DNA of 64,000 nt from Alphaproteobacteria bacterium. GTDB taxonomy: Bacteria; Pseudomonadota; Alphaproteobacteria; Bin95. The position numbers and the translations under genes were made by a program. The notes under the pieces are model-generated. The model was given only the letters and a program-made list of their open reading frames with translations. It was not told where the DNA came from and did not search any database. The stretch spans positions 2,086,205 through 2,150,204 of the forward strand of contig CBDAVA010000003.1 of assembly GCA_965200785.1 (NCBI GenBank), given 5' to 3'. Positions 1-8,238 of this stretch are shown piece by piece. Position 1 is the first letter of the stretch. Each line of letters begins with the position of its first letter.

Positions 1-26
1 AAAGGGACTATAGGCCTCATGTTTCC

Positions 27-1478
27 TTGCGAATCAATGGCGACCGGGCGCGCGGCATCGTGACACCGGAGGAGTTTCGCGCCCACGCCCACCGCCTTGC
101 GGACTGGATGGCCGACTATATGTCGGAGGTCGAACGCTTCCCGGTCCGCGCGCAAACAGCGCCCGGCGCGGTGGCGGCGGCCCTTCCCGCCGCAGTGCCG
201 GAGACGGCCGAGCCGATGGAAGCCGTGTTCGCGGATTTCGAGCGCATCGTGATGCCCGGCATGACCCATTGGCAGCATCCGCGCTTCCTGGCGTATTTCC
301 CGGCGAATTCCAGCCCGCCCTCGGTGCTGGCGGAGATGCTGACCGCGGCGCTCGGGGCGCAGTGCATGTTGTGGCAGACCTCGCCCGCCGCCACGGAGAT
401 GGAAACCCGGATGCTGGACTGGCTGCGTCAGGCGGCCGGCTTGCCGGAAGGGTTCTCGGGCGTCATACAGGACTCGGCCTCGTCGGCTATCCTATGCGCG
501 CTGCTGACCGCCCGCGAACGCGCAACCAACGGCGCCGCGAACGAACAGGGCCTTGCGGAAGCGGGCCCGCCGCTTGTCGTCTATACGTCGGACCAGGCCC
601 ATTCGGCGACCGAAAAGGGAGCGAAGATCGCCGGCTACGGGCGGTCTCATGTCCGGCTGATCCAGACCGATGACCGCTTCGCCATGAAGGCGGACGCCCT
701 CGACGCCGCCATTCGCGCCGACCAGGCCGCCGGTCGTCGACCGGCCTGCATCGTCGCCAGCCTGGGAACGACCGGCGTCGGCGCAATCGACCGTCTGGAC
801 GACATCGGCGCCGTTGCCCGCGCCCACGGCGTCTTCTTCCATGTCGATGCAGCATGGGCTGGCAGTGCGTTGATCTGTAACGAATACCGCTGGATGCTGC
901 GCGGCATCGAGACCGTGGACAGCCTGGTGTTCAACCCGCACAAATGGCTGCTGACGAATTTCGACTGTTCCGCGCATTTCGTCCGTGATCCGGAGGCGCT
1001 GGTCCGCACACTCTCGATCCTGCCCCCTTTCCTGCAGAGCCGCGAGGGCAGCGCGGTCATCGACTATCGCGACTGGAGCGTGCCGCTCGGGCGCCGGTTT
1101 CGTGCGCTCAAGCTCTGGTTCGTGCTGCGCAGCTACGGCCTCGAAGGGCTGCGGGCGGTGATACGCCGGCATATTGCGCTCGCAGAGTGGCTTGAGGGCG
1201 AGATCGCAGCGCATCCGGATTTCGAACTCATGGCGCCCAGATCCCTGGCGCTGCTCAATTTCCGCTATGCGCCGGACGGCGCGGCGGCGCTCGATGAGCT
1301 GAACGAGCGCTTGTTGAACGCCATCAATGACGACGGGCGCATCTATCTGACACAAAACCGGGTGCGCAGCGCCTATACGATCCGGGTTTCCATCGGACAG
1401 ACCCATACCGACAGGCGCCATGTCGAGCAGGCCTGGGAAGTGATTCGCACCGTGGCTGCCCAACTCTCCCGCTCCTGA
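27..1478 (+). CDS. Pyridoxal-phosphate-dependent group II decarboxylase (aromatic-L-amino-acid / tyrosine decarboxylase family).
   Basis: The N-terminus (EEFRAHAHRLADWMADY) and the NPHKW(L) PLP-lysine motif are typical of DDC/TyrDC family enzymes. The ORF is open to the window start. The start is either TTG at 27 or GTG at 60. Confidence 0.85.
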   Translation: MRINGDRARGIVTPEEFRAHAHRLADWMADYMSEVERFPVRAQTAPGAVAAALPAAVPETAEPMEAVFADFERIVMPGMTHWQHPRFLAYFPANSSPPSVLAEMLTAALGAQCMLWQTSPAATEMETRMLDWLRQAAGLPEGFSGVIQDSASSAILCALLTARERATNGAANEQGLAEAGPPLVVYTSDQAHSATEKGAKIAGYGRSHVRLIQTDDRFAMKADALDAAIRADQAAGRRPACIVASLGTTGVGAIDRLDDIGAVARAHGVFFHVDAAWAGSALICNEYRWMLRGIETVDSLVFNPHKWLLTNFDCSAHFVRDPEALVRTLSILPPFLQSREGSAVIDYRDWSVPLGRRFRALKLWFVLRSYGLEGLRAVIRRHIALAEWLEGEIAAHPDFELMAPRSLALLNFRYAPDGAAALDELNERLLNAINDDGRIYLTQNRVRSAYTIRVSIGQTHTDRRHVEQAWEVIRTVAAQLSRS

Positions 1479-1577
1479 ATGCCCCCGGGGCCCGCTCGAT
1501 CTTCACGGTTCTCCGACTGATTGTCGGTCGGAGGCGTGCGGACGCGGCGCAGAGCCGCGCCCACCGGCGAAATCCCC

Positions 1578-1856
1578 TTATGCGTCCTTGCCGGGTTTCT
1601 CGAGCTGCGGCAGCCGGTCTTCCGGTGCGGGGGACTGGCCCCCATCGCGGAACAGTATATGGCGGGCAGCTTCAATGTCGGCGCCGGCGCGCCGTTCAGC
1701 GAAGAAGCGCTCCGTGCGTATGGCGGAGAGCTTCTCGGCAACGGCAACCGTCACGAATTGGTTGATACTCGTCCCCTCCTCGCGACTCACCTCTGCGACA
1801 GCCTTTTTCAGAGATGCCGGCAGGCGCAGCGGGTAGGCGGCAGTCTGTTTCGTCAC
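1578..1856 (-). CDS. Ribbon-helix-helix (Arc/CopG/HicB-C-terminal-like) antitoxin.
   Basis: The N-terminal segment YPLRLPASLKKAVAEVSREEGTSINQFVTVAVAEKL has the RHH signature of type II antitoxins. Its GTG start overlaps the TGA stop of the upstream PIN gene (GTGA). Confidence 0.55.
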   Translation of the reverse strand: MTKQTAAYPLRLPASLKKAVAEVSREEGTSINQFVTVAVAEKLSAIRTERFFAERRAGADIEAARHILFRDGGQSPAPEDRLPQLEKPGKDA

Positions 1857-2293
1857 GATATCCTCCTCAAGGCATTTCCAGGGTTCAGCAGCTCGATCCC
1901 GAACCGCGAGGCCGCGTCGGCAAAATGCCGGCGGTTGAAGGTAACGAGCCCGTTGGCGCGTCCATTGATCGCGACCTCCAGAACCATCTCGTCGTTCCCG
2001 TCACGCAATAACGGGCGCCACAGAAAGTGCGGCACAACCGCCTGCCCGGCACTGCACAGAGCGTCAATCACGGCCCTGACCTGTGTCTCATCGAGACCCG
2101 ACGCGTCCCGCTGTTCCGGATCGCAACAGACTGCTTCGTATTCCAGCACCAACGGCACCGAAAGCAGGGGCGTAAACGCTCCGGTCAGGGCCAGTCCGAG
2201 CAACGCTGCCGAGGCGCCGGCGGGGCTGCGCAGGCCGGCGACGAGAATGTTCGTGTCGAGAACATATCTCATGCCATGCTCATTGCAATTCAC
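1853..2293 (-). CDS. PIN-domain toxin (VapC-like) of a type II TA module.
   Basis: MRYVLDTNILV followed by acidic residues spaced as in a PIN fold. The ORF starts at GTG 2293 but the ATG at 2272 is the more likely start. The partner RHH gene lies immediately downstream. Confidence 0.7.
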   Translation of the reverse strand: MNCNEHGMRYVLDTNILVAGLRSPAGASAALLGLALTGAFTPLLSVPLVLEYEAVCCDPEQRDASGLDETQVRAVIDALCSAGQAVVPHFLWRPLLRDGNDEMVLEVAINGRANGLVTFNRRHFADAASRFGIELLNPGNALRRIS

Positions 2294-2296
2294 AAT

Positions 2297-2331
2297 ATCA
2301 TATATGATGTCACTTTGGTTCTGTCAGTCAA
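2297..2331 (-). promoter_or_regulatory. Sigma70-like promoter with a 12-bp perfect palindrome, likely the operator for the PIN/RHH module.
   Basis: On the minus strand there is TTGACT (2331-2326), a 17-nt spacer, then ATCATATATGAT (2308-2297), a perfect palindrome containing TATAAT-like hexamers. This ~110 bp stretch is the only AT-rich DNA in this region of the window. Confidence 0.4.
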
Positions 2332-2388
2332 AAACAGAAAACTCGTGCAGCGAGCACGGGAAGCTATTCTAATTGGTGCCGGCCAGCC

Positions 2389-2631
2389 CTAGCGGGCCGC
2401 AGCGCCGGCGCGTGCTATTGTGAAGCGGTAGGGCGCATCCGTCTCTTCGGCCTTCACGATGTCGTGGCCCTCGGTCGCGCAGAAATGGCGCATGTCGATC
2501 GGCGACGCCGGATCGTCCGTCAGCACCTCCAGCCGGGCGCCGGGCGCCATGGCCCGGAGGCGCTTGCGGGCCCGCAAGACCGGAAGCGGGCAGCGCAGGC
2601 CTGTGGCGTCGAGCACCTCGGTCATCGTCAA
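2389..2631 (-). CDS. TusA-family sulfurtransferase.
   Basis: An 80-aa protein with the LDATGLRCPLPVL CPxP motif of the TusA/SirA/YedF family. Confidence 0.8.
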   Translation of the reverse strand: MTMTEVLDATGLRCPLPVLRARKRLRAMAPGARLEVLTDDPASPIDMRHFCATEGHDIVKAEETDAPYRFTIARAGAAAR

Positions 2632-3494
2632 AAGGTGTTCAGCGGAATCTTGAGATAAGCGCGGCCGTTGCTCTCCGGTTCGGGCAGCTTGCCGCCATGC
2701 ACATTGACCTGAATCGACGGCAACAGCAGCGCCGGCACCGAGAGCTGCCTGTCGCGCTCGGTGCGCATTTCGACAAAGGCCGTCTCGCCGATGCCGTCGC
2801 GCACATGGCGATTTGCCGTCCGTTCCTCGCGCACCGTCGTTTCCCAGGCCACGGGGCGTCCGTTCGGGGCATAGTCATGCCCGACGAAAATGCGTGTTTC
2901 GGGAGGAAGGGACAGAATCCGCCGCGCCGACCGATAGAGCGCCCTGGCGTCGCCGCCGGGGAAGTCGCAGCGCGCCGTGCCGAAGTCCGGCATGAAAACC
3001 GTGTCGCCGGTAAAGGCCGCATCGCCGATGACATAGGTTACGCAAGCCGGCGTATGGCCTGGTGTATGCAGCACCCGCGCCTGCACCCTGCCCAACCGGA
3101 AGCGCGCCTCGTCTTCGAACAGCCGGTCGAATTGGGAGCCGTTCGCAAGGAATTCCGGCGGCAGGTTGTAGATGTCCTTGAAGACAGCCTGCACATCCAC
3201 AATCTGGCTGCCGATGGCCGTTCGCCCGCCAAGCTCGCGTTTCAGCCAGGCGCCGGCGCTCAGATGATCCGCATGGACATGGGTCTCGAGTATCCATTCC
3301 ACGGTCAGTCCGCGCGCCCGGACCCTGGCGGCCAGCTTCTCGGCAAAAACGGTCTGCGTCCGCCCGGAATAAATGTCGTAATCCAGGACCGGGTCGATGA
3401 CAGCCGCCCGACCCGTTTCGGAGCAGGCCACGATATAGCTTACCGTCGAGCTTGCCTCGTGAAACAGCGCCTCTACCACCGGCTGTTCAGCCAT
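2628..3494 (-). CDS. MBL-fold metallo-hydrolase, persulfide-dioxygenase (ETHE1/Blh)-like.
   Basis: Carries the THVHADHLSAG HxHxDH metal motif. It is about 288 aa with the C-terminal extension typical of sulfur dioxygenase-type MBL proteins, and it overlaps the tusA-like gene by 4 nt. Confidence 0.75.
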   Translation of the reverse strand: MAEQPVVEALFHEASSTVSYIVACSETGRAAVIDPVLDYDIYSGRTQTVFAEKLAARVRARGLTVEWILETHVHADHLSAGAWLKRELGGRTAIGSQIVDVQAVFKDIYNLPPEFLANGSQFDRLFEDEARFRLGRVQARVLHTPGHTPACVTYVIGDAAFTGDTVFMPDFGTARCDFPGGDARALYRSARRILSLPPETRIFVGHDYAPNGRPVAWETTVREERTANRHVRDGIGETAFVEMRTERDRQLSVPALLLPSIQVNVHGGKLPEPESNGRAYLKIPLNTF

Positions 3495-3558
3495 GAGTCG
3501 CCCTCTCTCGCCGGGAGGCGCTATCTTACACCGAATTCACCAACGGGAGAACGCATCC

Positions 3559-4311
3559 GTGAGTGCGCCGCTGATCGACTATCGCTCTGAAAACGCCATT
3601 GCAACGATTACGCTGAACCGCCCCGACAAGATGAATGCCCTGTCGAACGGGCTTGTCGCCGAGCTCATCCAGGCATTTCAGCGCCTGCAGGACAGCGGCG
3701 ACCGTGTCGCCATTCTCACCGGCGCCGGAGAGCGGGCGTTTTCGGTGGGCGCCGATCTGCGCGACCCGCCCCGCGATCCGGAGCTTTGGGAATGTATGCC
3801 GGGCGTGGGCGTGATGGTTGACAAGCCGATTATTGCTGCGGTGCAGGGTTATTGCGTCGGGGGCGCCTTCTGCCTGGTCGAATTCTGCGACCTGGCCGTG
3901 GCGGACGAAACCGCCGACTTCTTCTACCCCGAAGCCCAAATCGGATTTTGCGGCGGGCTTATCGCCGGGCTGGCGGCGCGTATTCCGCACAAGCTGGCCA
4001 TGGAGTTCATGATGACCGGGAGGCATTTCGACGCCGCCCGCGCCGCCGACATCGGCATGATCAACCGGGCGGTGCCCAAAGGGGAGTTGATGGCGGCTGC
4101 GATGGAATATGCGGCGGTGCTGCGGGACAGCGCACCGCTGGTCTTGCGAACCGTCAAGCGATTCGTGCGCGATACGGTTGTCGCGCGCGGCCCCTCTGAA
4201 CTCCAGGCATTGGCGCGGCGCGAACTGCTGTCGATCAGCCGCAGCGAAGACCAGAAGGAAGGCGGGCGGGCCTTCCGGGAAAAGCGCAAACCCGAATTCA
4301 CGGGCCGATAA
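3559..4311 (+). CDS. Enoyl-CoA hydratase/isomerase (crotonase) family protein.
   Basis: Crotonase signatures are present (ITLNRPDKMNAL, GAGERAFSVGADL, YCVGGAF). A GTG at 3559 preceded by GGGAGA is the preferred start within ORF 3493-4311. Confidence 0.85.
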   Translation: MSAPLIDYRSENAIATITLNRPDKMNALSNGLVAELIQAFQRLQDSGDRVAILTGAGERAFSVGADLRDPPRDPELWECMPGVGVMVDKPIIAAVQGYCVGGAFCLVEFCDLAVADETADFFYPEAQIGFCGGLIAGLAARIPHKLAMEFMMTGRHFDAARAADIGMINRAVPKGELMAAAMEYAAVLRDSAPLVLRTVKRFVRDTVVARGPSELQALARRELLSISRSEDQKEGGRAFREKRKPEFTGR

Positions 4312-4391
4312 CGGCCGGAAGCACTTCCGGCCCTTCCCCGCGCGGGGCATAGTGTGGCTCCGCGATACCCCCTTGTCAGGAGTAGTCAGCC

Positions 4392-5099
4392 TTGTCCGTG
4401 TTGACCGAAGACGATCTGGCGGCGCTGCGCGCCCTCGATACACCCACGATCTGCAACGCTCTGGAGGTGGTGGCCGGCTGCCGGTTGAACACCGGCTTCA
4501 CGGTGGAGCCGCTGGTCTGCCCGTTCCCGGACCTGCCGCCGATCGTCGGCTATGCGCGCACCGGCACCATACGCTCGCAATTCCCCAGCGCCGTCGCCGG
4601 CAATGACGCCGCGAAACTGCGCGTCGCCTATTATGACTATGTCGCCCATGGCGGGCCGGCGCCGCAAATCGTGGTGCTGCAGGATCTGGACGGCCCGCGC
4701 GCCGGGTTCGGCGCATTCTGGGGCGAGGTCAATTCCAACATCCACAAGGCGCTCGGGTGCCTGGGCGTGGTGACGGACGGCTGCATCCGGGACATTCCCG
4801 ACTGGGCGGACGGATTCCAGGCCGTTGCCGGGTCCATCAAGCCGGCCCATGCCCATGTCCATGTGGTGGATTTCGGCGGGCAGATCAGCGTTGCCGGCAT
4901 GGTCGTCGGCAGCGGCGACCTGATCCATGCAGATCAGCACGGCGCGGCGGTGATCCCGCTTGACCAGGCCCGCGAGGTGCCGAAAGCGGCTGCCGAGGTC
5001 GCGGCGAAGGAAAAGTTCGTGCTGGATGTGTGCCGCGGCCCCGACTTCAGTTTCGAGAAGTTGAAACGCGCCATGCTCGGCCCGGAAGACGTGCACTGA
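4392..5099 (+). CDS. RraA-family protein (RNase E regulator / 4-hydroxy-4-methyl-2-oxoglutarate aldolase-like).
   Basis: RraA/MenG-like fold motifs are present (DTPTICNALE ... GVVTDGCIRD). The TTG start at 4392 is preceded by AGGAG. Confidence 0.75.
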   Translation: MSVLTEDDLAALRALDTPTICNALEVVAGCRLNTGFTVEPLVCPFPDLPPIVGYARTGTIRSQFPSAVAGNDAAKLRVAYYDYVAHGGPAPQIVVLQDLDGPRAGFGAFWGEVNSNIHKALGCLGVVTDGCIRDIPDWADGFQAVAGSIKPAHAHVHVVDFGGQISVAGMVVGSGDLIHADQHGAAVIPLDQAREVPKAAAEVAAKEKFVLDVCRGPDFSFEKLKRAMLGPEDVH

Positions 5100-5209
5100 C
5101 GCCGGGCGTAATTTCCCCGCCTGCCTCCCGGCACACAGGCCGGCGGCGACTTGCCGGACGGGGCGGGCGGGGCTAGGGTCCGCCCCGTTCGCTTCCGGGG
5201 TTCCGCGCC

Positions 5210-5728
5210 ATGCACCTGCCCTTACTGCCGCTGGCCGCCATGGCCGGGCTGGTCGCGTTATCGAATGTCCTGGTCCAGTATCCGATCAATGACTGGCTGA
5301 CCTGGGGCGCGTTCACCTATCCGGTCTGCTTTCTCGTTACGGACCTCACCAACCGGATGCACGGCGCGGCGGCGGCGCGCCGGGTTGTCTATGTCGGTTT
5401 CGCCGCCGCCGTGCTGTTGTCTGTCCTGCTCGCCACGCCGCGCATTGCCGTTGCTTCGGGCCTGGCATTCCTCGCAGCCCAGCTTCTGGATGTGAGCGTG
5501 TTCGACTGGCTGCGGCGCCGGGCCTGGTGGCAGGCGCCGCTGGTTTCCTCCCTGCTCGGCTCTGCTGTCGATACGGCGCTGTTCTTCTCGGCGGCCTTCT
5601 ACGGCACGGACGTCCCCTGGATCACGCTTGGTATGGGGGACTTCCTTTGGAAGGCCGCGTTTGCGCTCGCAATGCTGCTGCCGTTCCGGCTGGCGATGCC
5701 GATAACGGCCCGCCCGAGCCCTCAATAG
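5210..5728 (+). CDS. Queuosine-precursor transporter (YhhQ/DUF165, VUT family).
   Basis: A multi-TM 172-aa protein with the YPINDWLTWGAFTYPVCFLVTDLTNR signature of YhhQ. Confidence 0.75.
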   Translation: MHLPLLPLAAMAGLVALSNVLVQYPINDWLTWGAFTYPVCFLVTDLTNRMHGAAAARRVVYVGFAAAVLLSVLLATPRIAVASGLAFLAAQLLDVSVFDWLRRRAWWQAPLVSSLLGSAVDTALFFSAAFYGTDVPWITLGMGDFLWKAAFALAMLLPFRLAMPITARPSPQ

Positions 5729-6489
5729 GCCGAAATACCGCCCTCCGCCGGGATCACGGCGCCATTCACCATGCGCGACTCGTCCGAAGCGAGGAACAGG
5801 GCGATATTGGCGATATCCTCCGGCTCGCCGACGCCGAAGGGATATTGCTCGAACACGCCGACAGACGCCTCCCTCGGGCGCTCTTCGTTCGGCTGGCGGT
5901 AGCGGGCGCGAATGCGTTCGGTCAGAATCAGGCCGGGGCAGATGACATTGGCGCGCACCCCCGCATCGGAATAGGAACCCGCGAGCGACCGGGTGAAGGA
6001 AATCAGCCCGCCCTTGGCGGCTGAATAGACATGCGCCGGATGATTGCCGCGCAAGGCGACCACCGACGACACATTCACGACGGCCCCGCCGCCGCCGGCG
6101 ACCATATGCGGCACGACATGCCGGCACATCAGCATCGGCCCCTTGAGGTCGAGCGGGATGGTGCGGTTCCAGACATCGAGATCGACCTCGTGGATTTTCG
6201 TATCCTCGACCACCGACCCGCCGGCGCAGTTGAACAGCACGTCGATGCGGCCGAACGCCGCCATCGCCGCCGCTGCGCAGGCCGCCGCCGAAGCATCGTC
6301 GGTCACATCGGTGCGGTGAAACGCAGCGCCGGTTTCCGCTGCCGTTGCCGAGCCCGCCGCCTCGTCGATCTCGGCGACCATCACCTTCGCTCCCTCGCGT
6401 ATGAAGATTCCGGTGGCCGCCTTGGCAATCCCGGACCCCGCGCCGGTAATCACCGCAACCTTTCCCTCGAGGCGTCCCATCTCTTGCAT
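5722..6489 (-). CDS. SDR-family oxidoreductase.
   Basis: Has the GKVAVITGAGSGIAKA Rossmann motif, NCAG, and the YSAAK catalytic motif. It forms the 3' part of a spurious 794-aa minus-strand ORF, with ATG at 6489 as the likely start. Confidence 0.85.
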   Translation of the reverse strand: MQEMGRLEGKVAVITGAGSGIAKAATGIFIREGAKVMVAEIDEAAGSATAAETGAAFHRTDVTDDASAAACAAAAMAAFGRIDVLFNCAGGSVVEDTKIHEVDLDVWNRTIPLDLKGPMLMCRHVVPHMVAGGGGAVVNVSSVVALRGNHPAHVYSAAKGGLISFTRSLAGSYSDAGVRANVICPGLILTERIRARYRQPNEERPREASVGVFEQYPFGVGEPEDIANIALFLASDESRMVNGAVIPAEGGISAY

Positions 6490-6519
6490 CCCTCCTGTTC
6501 CCGGCGCTAGGGTGCGCAC

Positions 6520-8175
6520 ATGCCACGCGAGCTTATCAATCCCTGCGGTATCTACCAGCGCAATAACGGGGCGCTGGCGCCCCGGCGCCCGCTGCAGGAA
6601 ACCCGGGTCATCGGGCTGTTCTCCAATCTCAAGGCCAATGCGGACCGGTATCTGGAAGAGATCGCAGAGCGGCTGAAGGCCCGGCATCCGCATCTCGAAT
6701 TCGCATTGTTCCAGAAGATTGCGAGCGAGCCGGCGAATTTCTCGCAGCAATGGCTGGACCGGGTTCACGCAGTAGCCGCCGCCTTCGGCGATTGAGGCTC
6801 CTGCACGTCGTGGTGTATCCATGACGCCATCAAGCTCGAACAGCGCGGCATTCCGGTTGCCGTAACCTGCACGGACGAGTTCTTCGCGCTTGGCAAGGCG
6901 GAGGCGGAGTGTCTCGGCATGGCCGGCTTGCCGATTGCCGTGGTGCCGCATCCGGTGGCCAAGCTGCCGCCTGCCGGCGTTGCGGAGATCGCCGACGAGG
7001 CCATCGACCAGATCGTCCATATGCTGGAGGCGGAGCCGGTCGCGCTTGCGGAAGAATGCCGCAAGCGCCCGCTGCCGAAACGCGGGCGCCTTCGCTACCG
7101 CTCCTTGTTCGAGGGCGATTTCAATGCGCCCGGCGCACCGGAGCGAATCTCCGGCCCGGACTCCCCCGACGCGCTCAACCGCGTCTTTTACCAGCGCGGC
7201 TGGACCGACGGCCTGCCTGTCGTCGCGCCGACGCCGGACCGGTGGGAAGCCATGCTGGGCGGGCGCGACCCCGGGGAGGAGATCGGCCTCATCGAGCCCC
7301 GCCTTGGCTGCGCAACCATCGGCAAGGTGGCGGCCAACGCCGTCATGGCCGGGGCCTCGCCGGCCATGATGCCGGCGATCCTGGCGGCAACCCGGGCGAT
7401 GACCGCCGAACGGCTGAACCTGAAGGCGCTCCAGTCCACAACCCATCCCTGCGGCCTGCTGACCGTTGTGCACGGCCCCATGGCGGACGACCTCGATATC
7501 GCCTCGGGCACCAACTGCATGGGCCAGGGCGCCGTCGCCAATGCCGCGATCGGACGCGCCGTCCGGCTTGTGCTGACCAATATCGGCGGCGCCCAGCCCG
7601 GCGTGCTCGACCGCGCGACAATGGGCACTCCGGCCAAATACAGCTACTGCTTCGCGGAAAACCTCGAAGCCAATCCATGGGCCCCCTTCCACACGGAACG
7701 CGGCTTCGATGCAGGCCGGAACGCGGTCACGCTGTGCGGCGTCGAGGGGCCGCATAATGTCAATGACCACTACAGCGAAACCGCCGAAGATGTGTTGCTG
7801 ACGGTCTGCGGCACCATGGCGACGCCCGGCTGCAACAACTCCTATTTCCACGGCGAATATCTGGTCGTGATCGGGCCGGAACATGCCGAGGTGATTGCGC
7901 GCGAGGGCTGGTCCAAGGACGATGTCAAGCGCTTCATCATCGAGCGCGCGATCATCCCGCGCTGGCACATCGGCAAGGCGCAGATGGCGCTTTACCGCCA
8001 GCAGGTGCCGGAACGGTTTGTCGGCCCCGATGGCCGGGACGGCGTGCGCATCGTGAGCGAGCCGGAGCAGCTCATGGTGATGGTCGCCGGCGGCGCCGGG
8101 CGGCATTCCTGCGTCATTCCCTCCTTCGGCAGCACCCTCTCGGTCACGCAGGCTGTCGAGGATCAGATGCGCTGA
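6520..8175 (+). CDS. Candidate selenoprotein with a D-U-G-S-C motif (in-frame TGA at 6793-6795 read as Sec); the N-terminal redox-like domain is followed by a large domain of unknown function.
   Basis: ORFs 6520-6795 and 6919-8175 are in the same frame and are separated only by the TGA. The 120 nt between them keep high GC3 coding character (…AAFGD-TGA-GSCTSWCIHDAIKLEQRGIPVAVTC…). A hairpin lies 11 nt downstream of the TGA. Alternative readings are two separate genes or a pseudogene. Confidence 0.5.
6806..6826 (+). promoter_or_regulatory. Candidate bacterial SECIS hairpin.
   Basis: CGUCGUGG-UGUAU-CCAUGACG forms an 8-bp stem (one G-U pair) with a 5-nt loop. It begins 11 nt 3' of the in-frame UGA, the canonical position for bacterial SECIS elements. 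Confidence 0.4.
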
Positions 8176-8238
8176 GCCGCCATGTCTGCGGGGGAATCCG
8201 GCATGTTTGATGCCGGAGACCGTGCATCCGCGGGCAGT

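Noticed and set aside
1521-2372. A 283-aa plus-strand ORF overlapping the PIN/RHH module.
   Set aside because: It lies antisense to two genes with recognisable domains and has Ser/Arg/Ala-rich composition with no family resemblance.
6909-7757. A 282-aa alternative-frame ORF (Arg/Pro/Gly-rich) inside the candidate selenoprotein gene.
   Set aside because: It is an off-frame reading of high-GC coding sequence, with extreme Arg/Pro/Gly content and no conserved motifs.
5722-8106. A 794-aa minus-strand ORF spanning the SDR gene and running antisense through the whole candidate selenoprotein gene.
   Set aside because: Only the 3' 255 codons (the SDR) have protein-like composition. The remainder is Arg/Gly/Ala/His-rich, low-complexity translation typical of antisense reading of high-GC coding DNA, and the plus-strand frame has coherent conserved-looking protein sequence.
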